From positions 64,976,001-65,040,000 of the forward strand of contig OX597832.1 of assembly GCA_951406725.2 (NCBI GenBank): DNA of 64,000 bases. The letters run 5' to 3'. The stretch comes from Octopus vulgaris (taxonomy: Eukaryota). Made by a program: the position numbers and the translations under genes. Below the pieces are notes generated by a model. It was not told the origin of the DNA. It worked only from the letters and a program-made list of their open reading frames with translations, and ran no database searches. Shown here one piece after another: positions 23,931 through 36,949 of this stretch (its first letter is position 1; each line of letters begins with the position of its first letter).

Positions 23931-25586
23931 TATTGGCTTATGATTTTCACTGTTTAATTTGCCTAATAGTGGTTTTATCTCTAATTTAATAATAATATAT
24001 ATATATATATATATATAATATTAGGGTAATAAGAATTATAGAAAATTTTTATTACCAGTGGCCAAGCGCAAAAACTTTTGTCAAAAGCCTATATATTATT
24101 CATATAAAACATCGTGTACATTAAAACACATTAAGTGGCTTCCATCATAGGAAAGCCTTGCGCTAGAAAGAACAGTTAAAACTTCAAACCACTAATTAGG
24201 GATAAATTCTCGAAGGGAATGAAAATTAAAAAAATATTTACCATCTAATTTAATTCCTAGACCATGGTTTCTGACTTATTTCGAGGTTTTAATGGCATCC
24301 TCTCGTTGCGTTTTCGCAGTGGATTTGAAAAGTTAGAATATACAAACAATGAGTTTACATGCGGAATCGATCTCGTTGTGTGTATATTTAAGATCTAAAG
24401 GCTACCTACTGATGAAGACTGGCCTCATGTAGCACCTATTGTCTATCTTATTTACTCCACTACCTTATCTTACTCCACAAATTGTAAACAAAATGATGAT
24501 ATATTGTAACATGTTCAACAGGATGCAACTAGCTATAAGTCAGAACATCATTTTTCGACAGAACAATAAACAATAATTTTTTTTCACAATTTTATGTAAA
24601 CAATTATGATATCACTTATTCATGTGTCCCCATTCTAAATGTCATATGATATACTGCATGGAGAAAAGTTCTATATGACTATTTCTCAAAATTCTTCGGG
24701 CGAATTCAAACATCCGAATGACTTGAACCACAGACATAACGTAAAACTGATGGTCGTGATACTTATTCCCCAAAGAGGTTATAGTTGCCGCTGCTATTAT
24801 TATATATATATATAATTAAAAATGTAATACAAGTGGCCAGATGAACAATATAGGAAACAAAAAATATTTTCCAATATAACACAAAGAACGGACATTTTCC
24901 TCTTCAGTCATCGAAGAGGAAAATGGTTGAAATACACGAAAAATGGCGACAGTCAAAAAATCGTAAAAAAATAGGGATTTTCATAGAAAAAAAGCACCTC
25001 TTTGATGTAAATAATTTTTGGTGTTAAAATGGTCCGATTTGAATTTTTTCTTCAATGGAAGGAAGAGCAAGCCTTCTTGTATCAGACTCTCAATTTTGTT
25101 TAACTTGCGCCGCAGGGTCTCGGAAGAGATAGTGTTAGTTGAAGGCAATTTACGCATGCTTGCACGCGTGGTGAACACAGTTCACATCAAACAGCTGACT
25201 GAGTAAAGTTCACTATTCAATGCATGAGATAAGGCCTAAAAAAATACATTATCGATTTTTGCACTTGCGAGATGAATTTCGGAAAAGTAATAGCGCAGTT
25301 CAATTTTCATTCGCCTAAACTTTAAGTGACCCATTTTTCGTGGTTCTACGATTGTTGGCTAGGAGGAGATGTGTCGGGAAGTTAAACACACAGACACACA
25401 CACAGATACACACACAGACACATAAGTTGAGATTTATATATATATATATATACATACAGAAATGGAGGGAGAGAGAGAGAGAAATAGATAGATATGGATA
25501 TATGGGCGTGTGGAGTTTGTGTGGTTATGCACATTTCTTGATTTACCAAAGAGTTTCTTACCAGAAAACGGTCAAAGACATTCACG

Positions 25587-25715
25587 TGCAGATTGATAAA
25601 TCCATATTGGAATCTACTTAACTTAAGATAGATATGGATTAACGTGGATTTAATCGATAACAATGTAATAACATGATTCGTTAGAAAAATAAAACTGATC
25701 ATCATACGTACAAGC

Positions 25716-25769
<54 letters not shown>

Positions 25770-25982
25770 ATATGTGTGTATGTGTGTGTGTGTGTGCATG
25801 TCTTTTTATAGGTATATATACGTATATATATATATATATGTACGTCTATATACATATACATACACACATATATATATATATATAATTGATAAGAGGAATG
25901 ACCACTAAAGTGGATTCCTATACGCTAGAGATAGACGTTAAATCACTTTACACACACACACACATATAAGTATGTACGTCTA

Positions 25983-26032
<50 letters not shown>

Positions 26033-26258
26033 TATAGATATATATGCGTAAATGTATATATAAACACTACATAGGCGTGTGTTGGGATGTGTTCGTTTGT
26101 GTGTGTGTGAGTGTGTGTCTGTGTGTGCACGTATGCAGTAATAGTGATCATTGTAGGTTGTTACCGAATCATTTTATTACATCGTTATCGATGAAATCCA
26201 CGTTAATCTATATCTGTCTTGAGTTAAGTAGATTCCATTATGGATTTATCAATCTGCA
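25587..26258. repeat. Inverted repeat (about 115-bp arms) around a microsatellite spacer
   Basis: 25587-25700 is the reverse complement of 26146-26258 with scattered mismatches. Confidence 0.85.
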
Positions 26259-26456
26259 AGAGGAGGTATCTGTTCTCTTCAAAAATGTCTTCTACAGAAA
26301 CAAATATTTTTGAGGAATTTGTCTGTACCGTATAACCCACACTACATTTTCATACACACACACCAAACTCAAACGCGCGAGCGTACATACAAACATAGAT
26401 GCATAGTAAAAAAGTTACATACGCATATCCCTCTCTAGTTCTATCTCTGTGCATAA

Positions 26457-26506
<50 letters not shown>

Positions 26507-26566
26507 AAATATTAGGGAATAAATCCAAACTTACAGGGAAAAATCAGATTTAGGATTGAATCCAAT

Positions 26567-26802
26567 TATATTATATTAAATTAGAGATAAAACCACTATT
26601 AGGCAAATCATACAATGAAAAATTTAAGCCAATACATAAGATTAATTAATTTATATTATTTAAATATATATCAAAATTATTAAAAAAGATAATTTTGATA
26701 TATATTTAAATAATATAAATTAATTAATCTTATGTATTGGCTTAAGTTTTTCATTGTATGATTTGCCTAATAGTGGTTTTATCTCTAATTTAATATAATA
26801 TA
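26567..26802. repeat. AT-rich palindrome, 114-bp arms, 8-nt spacer, one mismatch
   Basis: Arms 26567-26680 and 26689-26802 were compared base by base. Confidence 0.93.
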
Positions 26803-26855
26803 TATATATTTATATATTTATATATATATATACATATATACATATATACACATAT

Positions 26856-26895
<40 letters not shown>

Positions 26896-26902
26896 ACATA
26901 CA

Positions 26903-26934
<32 letters not shown>

Positions 26935-26989
26935 CGCATACATACATGCTACTAGCTCATCGACATATACACGTACGTGGATAATCGTC

Positions 26990-27365
26990 GTGGCACTCCG
27001 TTGGTTATGACGACGAGGGATCCAGTTGATCCAATCAACAGAACAGCCTCCTCGTGAAATTAACATGCAAGTGGCTGAGCACTCCTCAAACACGTGTACC
27101 CTTAATGTAGTGCTAGGGGAGACTCAGAGTGATATAGTGTTTGACAAGCCTGGACCTTTGAAATACAGGCACAACAGAAACGGAGGGAAATAGTGAAAGA
27201 ATGTTGTGGTGAAAGAGTATAGCAGGGTTCGCCACCGCTCCTGAGCCTCGTGGAGCATTAGGTGTTTTCGCTCAATAAACACACAACTCCCGGTCCGGGG
27301 ATCGAAGCCTCGATCCTAAAACTGCGAGTCCGCTGCTCTACTCACTAGGCCATTGCGTCTCCACG
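26990..27365 (-). mobile_element. SINE family B with 11-bp TSD
   Basis: TSD ACGTGGATAAT at 26975-26985 and 27363-27373. Confidence 0.9.
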
Positions 27366-27384
27366 TGGATAATATATAAACACG

Positions 27385-27760
27385 CCAGCACGCCGGGTGA
27401 AATGCTTAGCGGTATTTCGTCTGCCGTTACGTTCTCAGTTCAAATTCCGCCAAGGTCGACTTTGCCTTTCATCATTTCGGGGTCGATAAATTAAGTACCA
27501 GTTACTCACTGAGGTCGATGTAATCGACTTAATCCGTTTGTCTGTTCTTGTTTGTTCCCTCTGTGATTAGCCCCTTGTGGGCAATAAAGAAATAGGTATT
27601 TCGTCTGTCGTTACGTTCTCATTTCAAATTCCTCCGAAATGGACTCTGCCTTTCATTCTTTCGGAGTCGATAAATTAAGCACCAGTTGCATACAGGGATC
27701 AATCTAATCGAGAGGCTCTCTCCCCAAAATTTTCGGGCGTTGTGCCAAGAGCAGAAAAGT
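27385..27760 (+). mobile_element. SINE family A partial tandem dimer
   Basis: Long tail ..AAAGAAATAGGTATT runs directly into TCGTCTGTCGTTACGTTC of a second body. Confidence 0.85.
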
Positions 27761-28072
27761 ATATATAAACCCCTATGCATATAGGTATAGATACTTACTA
27801 GCGTACATACATAAGTTCGCGCACCTACTCTTTCTTTCTCTCTCTCTACATATGTATATACACACACACATACGTGCATGTATACACAACACACGTGATA
27901 TTCTGGCGCATCTAACTCGCTTGACAATGGGGATTGAATTTTTTTCTCAAATGAATTATCTCCCCTTGAATCGCTGTTTGATTTTAGCAACTCTCCATTA
28001 AATTACACACCATTAAAGCAATTCTAAAGTACATTCAGTGCCACATAATGTTTGACAGTTTTCGACACTTAC

Positions 28073-28300
28073 CAAATTAAGAGTACAATGTCGTCCATGT
28101 GCTTCTGTTCAGTTTTCCTCTCAATTTCTTTCATAAACCATGCCTCGGCACGTGGATATAGAAACATACAAATACAGTTGAGATGGTACTCAGATCCTTA
28201 TGGTTATGAGGTTGTTTTCTTCTATTTTTTGGCCATGCTGGTGCACTGCAAAGTATGTTCTTCCATCAGGTTATTTAGTTCTAAATATGAAAGCCTGCAT
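28073..28300 (-). mobile_element. Penelope-like reverse transcriptase relic
   Basis: Minus strand LELNNLMEEHTLQCTSMA ... AWFMKEIERK..KHMDDIVLLIW resembles PLE RT motifs (LxLNNF..YLQ..GTAMG; ANLFM..E; RYxDDIFxIW). In-frame stops are present. Confidence 0.5.
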
Positions 28301-29104
28301 GTTAATATATTTCATTAGAGTAGCAAAATAATTAATATCTATTTAGAATCTTTTAAAAGTATATAGTGAGAAGTGACACCAAAGAAAATTGAGTTTCAAG
28401 CAGTCCAGAGTTAAATATGCATGTGCAATGTGTGTCTTAAAAATATGTTTCAGTTTTAATAACCATAGTAACAACACAGAGCGTATTTCATCCTCATATT
28501 CATCTCTTCAGCGAATTAATGTTTTTGTGAATATTTTCAGATATTATGAAATTGAAATAATGATACAGGCATTTTTCCCATCTCAGGCTTCTGGAAAAAG
28601 AATATAGTAAAATTCTAGCAATCAAAAGCAATCTGATAAATATGAAATATAATAAATGAAAGGTATATATCAAATGTGAATTAAATTCATTGACTGAGGC
28701 GTTAATGAAAATTAATATAAGAATTTATAAGGGAGATAACTAGTTTAAACGCTGCACGAGACAGTGGTCCTGGATCATAGGATACGGAGGTTAGAACTGT
28801 GAAAAGGTTCTGACTTCATAGTACCCCTTCATTAAAGAAGACTTACTCAGTGTCTGCAAAGATACCAGAATAGGAATTGTCTCGTGTGTCTGAACATCAT
28901 ATATTAGTTAGGCAAAGGACAATGCACAAACGAAAAAAAAATACACACAGCCGTAAGGGTATATAAGGATTATATGTGAATGGTTATACACATTATATAT
29001 ATATATATACACATACATATATAGACATATACATATATATATATGCATATATACACACACACATATATATATACATATATATACACACACACGCACACAC
29101 GCAC

Positions 29105-29164
<60 letters not shown>

Positions 29165-29276
29165 TTATATATACATACATACATGCATACATATATATTA
29201 CACACACTCCCTCGAGCCCAATATATGTATATATTTCTAAGAATATCTATTACTATTTCTACACGTATACTCTCCA

Positions 29277-29341
<65 letters not shown>

Positions 29342-29368
29342 GTATATACGTGCATATGTGTGAATGCA

Positions 29369-29401
<33 letters not shown>

Positions 29402-29819
29402 GAGAGAAAGAGAGGGTACACATGAACGTTTGCGTATGTGCGTGTATTCTCACACGCCCACATATTCACGTAAATACGCATAAAGATATCTAGAAATACA
29501 TAACCGATTTGTTGGTTAACATACAAAAAAAAAATAATAATACATAAATAATAAGAAAATAAAAGGAAAAAGAAAGTAACTAACGAAAATATATTGGAAT
29601 TTGTAGCGAAATAATTCGCCAGCGAAAAATTGATGAGAAAAGAATAGCAGAAATTGCATTCCAAGTGAATAGATGGGAATAAGTATAGGTTACTGGTGAA
29701 ATAAAAACAATACAACTGTAAACATTATTGATATTACATTGGATAATCGATACACTGCTTGATAAATAGATCTCTAGATGTAGGTCTGTAATGCACCGTT
29801 GTTAAATACTTCACCTCGC

Positions 29820-29871
<52 letters not shown>

Positions 29872-29979
29872 ATGTATATATATACATACATATATATATA
29901 TATATATATAATGTTTGTATATATGTATATATATGTATATAAATATATATATATGTATATAGATATATGTGTGTGTGTG

Positions 29980-30027
<48 letters not shown>

Positions 30028-30337
30028 ATTATTTTACTCGGTATGTCTGGAAGTTTAGCATTACGTACATATTCGCATTTCGTTTGTATTCTTCGTATGA
30101 AGTTTTCTAATATACTCCCATTTGCATACATTTGTACGAACATACATATCCATGCATACACATACTCACATGCAGTCGTATGCACACACACACACACATA
30201 TATAATTATATATAAATAACTGTATGTGTATGCATATATCTCTATGTATGTATGCATCTATGTGTGTGTAAGATCATGTATATCTTTGTGCCTGATCGCT
30301 ACGTGCAAATATATTAAACAATAGATATACGTATCTT

Positions 30338-30365
<28 letters not shown>

Positions 30366-30370
<5 letters not shown>

Positions 30371-30391
30371 GTCTGTCTGTTTATCTATCCG

Positions 30392-30470
<79 letters not shown>

Positions 30471-30483
30471 GTCTATCTATCTG

Positions 30484-30570
<87 letters not shown>
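30366..30570. repeat. (TCTA)n tract
   Basis: Direct reading. Confidence 0.95.
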
Positions 30571-31133
30571 CTCCCTCTCTGTCGCTCGTACTCTCTAACA
30601 ATCTAACTATCTACCTCCCTCTATTAATCTATCAATCTATATCCATATATATATACAAATATACACATACAAAGACTCACTCATGCACACATAAACCCCA
30701 CCCCCCACACATACACACACATGAATGTTGGCATATAGAAATATTACTATATATTTTACTACGCTCTTATACAGGATGACACAAAATGATAATGGACGTG
30801 TGTGTGCGTGTGGGTGTTTATGCGTGTGTATGTATATGTATGTGTTTCTCTGTATATCGTTGTGTGTGCATGTGTGTGTTTCCCTTTGATGATTTATGTC
30901 TATTTTACAGATGTTGTTAGGAATCTAACATTGCGCAATAAATTCAATGCACTTTTACTATGAAACTCGAACCTATTTCTTTTTATTATAATAATTATTT
31001 CGCATTTGCATTTCTTTATTAAAAGTCTCACAATCAAAAACAGAGTAATGGAAACTATGAGGCAACCACACCTGCTAGACATACCAACCAAATTAACTAA
31101 AATTATATATATATATATGTAATACAATCTTTT

Positions 31134-31215
31134 AAATGGTTCGAGATAAGAGATCCCTATATATATATATATATATATACATATACATATCAGGATCTCT
31201 TATCTCGAACCATTT
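31134..31215. repeat. Perfect 23-bp inverted repeat around (TA)n
   Basis: AAATGGTTCGAGATAAGAGATCC and GGATCTCTTATCTCGAACCATTT. Confidence 0.92.
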
Positions 31216-31414
31216 GGAAAATCTAATGTGAAAACGGTAAAGTGTATTCCTATATTTGAAGATATAATTAAATTCTAATTAATTCCAATATGTTCTCCGT
31301 GCGTTTTCAACTTCTTTTCATCAATTCCTGCCTTTGTTTGGATTAATAACGGTTGCCATTTTCCTTCTATCTCTCTCTCTCCACTCTCTTTTTCTCTGTG
31401 AATGTGTGTGTATG

Positions 31415-31492
<78 letters not shown>

Positions 31493-31662
31493 TGTCTGTG
31501 CGTGTGTGTATGTGTACGAAATGTCATTGTTAGAAAGACTGAGAACATAAACCTGCTCTGACTATGAATTGATGTGATACTACACACATCATATCACCAT
31601 GAAAATCTCATACAAAAAGAAACCAAATATACAACCTCACAAATATATATATATATGTATAT

Positions 31663-32540
31663 ATATAAAATTATAAATTAGGGTACCTACGAGATACCAC
31701 CATGCTGAAAATAACAGCCATGATCTGACTCTAAAACTACCTTAATTTTCCATATATCAACACGGAGAGAAAAAAGAGACAAGATGAAACGAGTAAAAGA
31801 TTACTGCATAATTCTAGATCCCAGTAGAATACACACAGAAAAGAGACATAAATACATATATATATATAAGTACAACATACGAATACTTACGTATACGAAC
31901 GTATAGCTACATATATATGCACGTATGCATCATGGCCAGTTCAAAATGCCCGCCGTTTAATTTCATGTGAGATATGGTTAAAATATCGCTGCAGTAAATA
32001 CATTGACGAAGTAAATTTAAATTTATATAAATAAGGATAAGATCGTTAATTTACTACGGCGATATTTTATCCACATCTCACATGGAATTAAACGGCGGTC
32101 ATTTTGATCTGGCCATGATGCATACGTTCATATATATGTAGGTATACGTTCGTATATGTAAGTATTCTTATGTTTGACAGATACGTTTATATCGATTGAG
32201 ATACTCATATCAATGAGGAGGCATGATTTTGTCTGAAGTCTTTCAATATATTGTCTGTATTTATATATCTTTTTATGTTTCTTTTTATGTTTCTTTTTAT
32301 GTATTTATGTTTCTTTTCTGTGTGTATTCTACTGACGAGGCAAAGCATTACTAAATGCAAAGTCAGAAATCCGGGATCTAGAATCATCCAGTAATTTTTT
32401 ACTAGTTTCATCTTGTCTCTTTGTTTTCTCTCCGTGTTGATATACGGAAAATTAAGGTGGTTTTAGAGTCAGATCATGACTGCTATTTTCAGCATGGTGG
32501 TATCTCGTAGATACCCGAATTTATGATTTTAATAATTATT
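31663..32540. mobile_element. Large fold-back element (probable PLE pLTR inverted pair)
   Basis: 31680-31998 is inverted relative to 32049-32518. The right arm carries extra sequence, including a hammerhead core. Confidence 0.75.
32327..32383 (+). ncRNA. Type I hammerhead ribozyme motif (family III), near intact
   Basis: TTCTA-CTGACGA-GGC AAA GCATT ACTA AATGC AAA GTC-A-GAA-AT CCGGG AT-C-TAGAA. It has a 5-bp stem I and an AUC triplet, with one extra A before GAAA. Confidence 0.65.
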
Positions 32541-32626
32541 ACCTTTGAAGGTTTTTTTTCCATGCTGACTACTTGATAAAGTCATTATTATATTTTAAAT
32601 TAACGATCGTATCCTTACTTATATAA

Positions 32627-32724
<98 letters not shown>

Positions 32725-32769
32725 ATGTATATAAATATATACATATATATATATAATATCATTTTTTTT

Positions 32770-33160
32770 TATTTCAGTCATTAGACTGCGGCCATGCTGA
32801 GGCACCACCTTGGCGGATTTTAGTCGCAAGAATCGACTCCGGTAGCCTTTTAAAACCTGGTAATTAATCCATCGGTCAATTTTGCCGAACCACCATGTCA
32901 CGGGGCGTAGACACACCAACGCCGGTTGTCAGGCGGTGGTGTGGGAGGGGGACAAACTCATACAGAGACACTCACACATGCAGACACACACACACCTGCG
33001 CGTGCGTATACTATGGGCTTCTTTCAGTTTCCATCTGTCAAATCCACTCACAAGACTTTAGTCTGTCCGAGGATATAGTATGAGACACTTGCCCATAGTT
33101 CCACATAGTGGGATGGAAATATGTTGTCGAGAAGTGAACTTTGTACTACACAGCCGTGCG
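32770..33160 (-). mobile_element. SINE family C
   Basis: TTTCAGTCATTAGACTGCGGCCATGCTG..TTTCAGTTTCCATCTG..CACTTGCCCA. Confidence 0.85.
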
Positions 33161-33331
33161 TGCAATATGCATACATATATATATATAGCTACACGCACAC
33201 ACATACACGCATACAGACACATATACACACCAACATAATATGTGTGTCTTCGCAGATATAGGTTCGCTGCGAGCGATGATTATGTTAGTAACACTTTTTT
33301 GGGCTTTAAATTTACAGCAATCAAAGTGATA

Positions 33332-33508
33332 CACTAGCGTAGCTAGAGTATGTGCCGCTCGGGGCGGCCCTTCCATGTGCCGCCCGCGGATCCCATAAAC
33401 AAATACATATTGCCTACAGTAATAGCCTACAACAGGCTGAAAAGTGCTGCCCTTTTAAAAATACCATTCCGTGCCGGACCGCCCCTACCTACCCAAGCTA
33501 CGCTAGTG
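33332..33508. mobile_element. 177-bp MITE
   Basis: Perfect 13-bp TIRs CACTAGCGTAGCT / AGCTACGCTAGTG, with GATA on both flanks. Confidence 0.75.
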
Positions 33509-33638
33509 GATATAGAGGACATGAAAAGGGTTAACACGGAAACTAAGCCACACATTTTGAGGGAGGGTTAGCCGCAAGATCCACCCAGCATTTGATTGGT
33601 ATCCATCTTATCTACTTGGAAAGTGATCTACAACATCC

Positions 33639-33797
33639 TTATACATTATTTATACTTGACGGATATTTGTCCTCATCTTGTTTGTTGTTACCACAACGTC
33701 TCTGCTGATACACCCTCCAGCCTTCATCAGGTGTATTGGGGAAATTTCAAAGCTAGGATTCTCATTCCTAAGGTATTTTTCGATGTTGTTGTTGTTG

Positions 33798-33862
<65 letters not shown>

Positions 33863-34027
33863 TTTATTCGAATGAGAATCCAGGTTTGAAATTTCCCCAA
33901 GACACCTGATGAAGGCTGGAGGGTATATCAGCTGAAAAGTTGTGTTAACAACAAACAAGATGAGGACAGATATCCGTCAAATGTAAATAATGTACATAAT
34001 TTGACATCTTTTAAATATAAACCTGTA
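33639..34027. mobile_element. Hammerhead fold-back element, copy 1 (arms around (TTG/TTA)n)
   Basis: 33645-33768 is inverted relative to 33869-33995. Each arm holds a family I hammerhead (minus 33690-33735, plus 33901-33946). Confidence 0.85.
33901..33946 (+). ncRNA. Hammerhead family I
   Basis: GACAC-CTGATGA-A-GGCTG GAGGGTATAT CAGCT-GAAAA-GTT-GTGTT; C15.2 is mutated. Confidence 0.65.
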
Positions 34028-34519
34028 GCATCCGTATTGGTAGAATTTGAAACCTGAAAGGACACAGCAGGAACTAAGTATACAAAAAACACTTCGGCCA
34101 ATATCCTAACATTTTTACGAGTACACGGCTACGCAATATATTGAAAAATATCCTCAAGGGGCAGCGTAAAGTCTCTGCTGTTGACTAAAGTTAAGTAGGC
34201 TTTTAAGTATGCGCCACAACATTTCGACCACCTCAACGTTTGACTTTTTGCAAACACCGACAAATATATTTATAAATATAGATAGATGTTCTCAGTTGAA
34301 CGCTAAATATGTAAGTGCTCTATTAAAAGGTCAACCGATGACGACAACGTTACATATTGATGATTGTCTAAAGTTCAACGAGTAAATCTATATTTTTGTT
34401 TTCTTAGAAAACAACTCTCTTATTGACGATATAATTGGATTTGGTTTCTTGAAGTAAGTTCAAAAATCATCGAAAAAAATGCAAGAAATATATCGACGCA
34501 AAAACGCTGATATTCTTTA

Positions 34520-34800
34520 TTTTCTTTTGTGTTTATCAAGTTTTAAACCAATGAACTGCGACCATGCTGAAGCACTGACGACAATGAATTCAATCAGTGA
34601 AATGAAGTCCAGTGTTTACTCTGGTGCCCATTTTATTGAGACCTATTCAACACAGGAATTTTGGGTTATGTTCCCTTTCTAAAAAGTCATCTGCTGAGGA
34701 GAAATCCTTTGGGTATTTAAATCGAGTTTCCCGGGGTTACACAAACACAGATGTAAAAGCGAATGTAGACTGGCAGATAGACAGACAGTCAGACACACAT
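34520..34800 (-). mobile_element. SINE family C, 3' half, degenerate
   Basis: AACTGCGACCATGCTGAAGCAC..GAGACCTATTC..AAACACAGATG..AGACAGACA. Confidence 0.6.
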
Positions 34801-34854
34801 CTACATATAGGCAAACATATATCTCTACTTGTAAATACGTATGTAGTTGCATCG

Positions 34855-35211
34855 CCGGGGCACTCCATCGGTTACGACGACGAGGGTTCCAGTTGATCTG
34901 ATCAACGGAACAGCCTGCTCGTGAAATTAACTTCTAAATGGCTGAGCACTCCACAGACACAGACAACGTAGTTCTCGGGGAGATTCATCGTGACAAGGTT
35001 GGCCCCTTTGAATTACAGGTACAATAGAAACAGGAAGAAAGAGTGAAAGAAAGTTGTGGTGAAAGAGTATAGCAGGGTTCGCCGCCACACCCTGTCGGGA
35101 GCTTTAGGTGTTTTCGCTCAATAAACACTATCAACACCCGGTCTGGGAATCGAAACCGCGATCCGACGACCGTGAGTCCGCTGTCCTAACTACTGGTCCA
35201 TTGCGCCTCAC
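34855..35211 (-). mobile_element. SINE family B with 12-bp TSD
   Basis: TSD ATGTAGTTGCAT at 34841-34852 and 35212-35223. Confidence 0.9.
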
Positions 35212-36866
35212 ATGTAGTTGCATATGTATTTAATGTATATTATTTATTTGTTCATTCATACATTCATACATACATACATACATACATGTGTGTGCGCGCG
35301 CGTCTGTGTATCTATGTTTCTGACAAGCCTACGAAATTGCATGAGGCCGAATTAAATTGTTTCAAGTAATAATATATGTCAAAAATGAGTTAAAAACCTC
35401 TGTAATTTGCCTACTCATGTATGTGTGGGTGGGTGGGTGTACAGGCACACGCGCGTGTCTTTATATATATATATATATAATGTATTTACACACACGCACG
35501 CACACATTTGAAGTACTCAGTTCATCTTTTCAGAATTTCATCTTTGCTACGTAAGCAATCTAGTGTGTTTATTTTAATGGCATCTCAATGTATACAATGA
35601 GTTTCTGTGCCCTAAGTGTCTGGAAGACCCTCGGCAAGAAATGGAAACAAAATTGAAAGAACAAGAAAAAAAGATACTAATAGTAACAAGTCAGAAGAGC
35701 AATAATTTTGAGGGCAGGAGGTAGTCATTTACATCAAATCCAGTGTTCAACTTGACTTATTTTATCGATCTTGAAATAATGAATGACAAATACGACCGCG
35801 GATGTATTTGATCTTAGAGCATAAAGACTGGAAAGAAACTCCACTGAGCTGTTTTGCCGGAGGAGCTAATGATTTGGTCAGATCGGTGCCTTTTCTTGAC
35901 TTATTATAGACAATATTATGATGAAGCGCAACAACATCAGTAACAACAGCATCGCCACCGTCCACAACCATCACCACTACTGACGACGACTACGACGACC
36001 GTCGCCACAATCACCGTCACCACTACGACCACCACCACTACTAACCGAATGTTTTACAAATGTCTGCATCAATAGCGATAATAATAATGACGGATGGAAA
36101 AGCAAATACACTGACAACACTGCCGACGAATACTTCAACGAAAGTACATCACCACAGCCGCCTTCATCGCCATTCCTCCATCGCCACTCTCTCCCTCCAC
36201 CCCACAAACACGACCTCCGCCACCAGTACAACTATTGATGCTATTGTTGGGGCCGGTGCTCCTCCTCCTCCTCCTCCTCCTCCTCCTCCCCCTTCTTCTC
36301 CGCATACTGCTGCTGCTGTTGCTGTCGCTGCTTCTACAATCACTACTGCCTGTGCTGGTATTGTTACTGCTGATTTAACATTACGTCAGTTGTGCCCTTC
36401 GGTAGGTTTAGCTACGTCAAATACATGGAGCCATCGTCAAGCCATAAATATGAAATGAATAAGAGATAGTTAAAAAAAATATTAAAAAATACCAATCGAT
36501 AACACATACACGCAAACACGTATGGACACGTATAAACACATACACAAACACACACTAAGATACACGTAGACATGCGCGCAGACAAATGTACAAGCACATA
36601 CATTCACAAGCGCGCAAATTATAAACCAAGATGGCCTCCATTTTCTTTTGATTTGCATATGAATTTGTGATACAGAGTGAGTTCGAGCGAATAATTATAC
36701 AGATTGGGTTGATGTGAAAAATTTGATAAAATAAATAAACAAATGACGAAAATTATTTTCACGTGAAAATGAACACGGCATATGTTGTACTGAGTGCTTC
36801 TTCGGTTATAGTTTGATTGTCTAAATATATATTAAAATGAAACAAATATATTAAATATATTTGTGA

Positions 36867-36930
<64 letters not shown>

Positions 36931-36949
36931 CACCGCTCTTATTTGCTTT

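Noticed and set aside
28073-28170. Apparent coding exon MFLYPRAEAWFMKEIERKTEQKHMDDIVLLIW with a TG|GTAAGT donor
   Set aside because: It is better explained as a Penelope RT relic (xMDD motif plus an upstream LELNN motif), and it has in-frame stops upstream and no good acceptor.
35762-36458. ORFs of 71-132 aa rich in Thr, Pro and His
   Set aside because: They are driven by ACC/ACG/CCT/GCT triplet repeats and show no domain or splice support.
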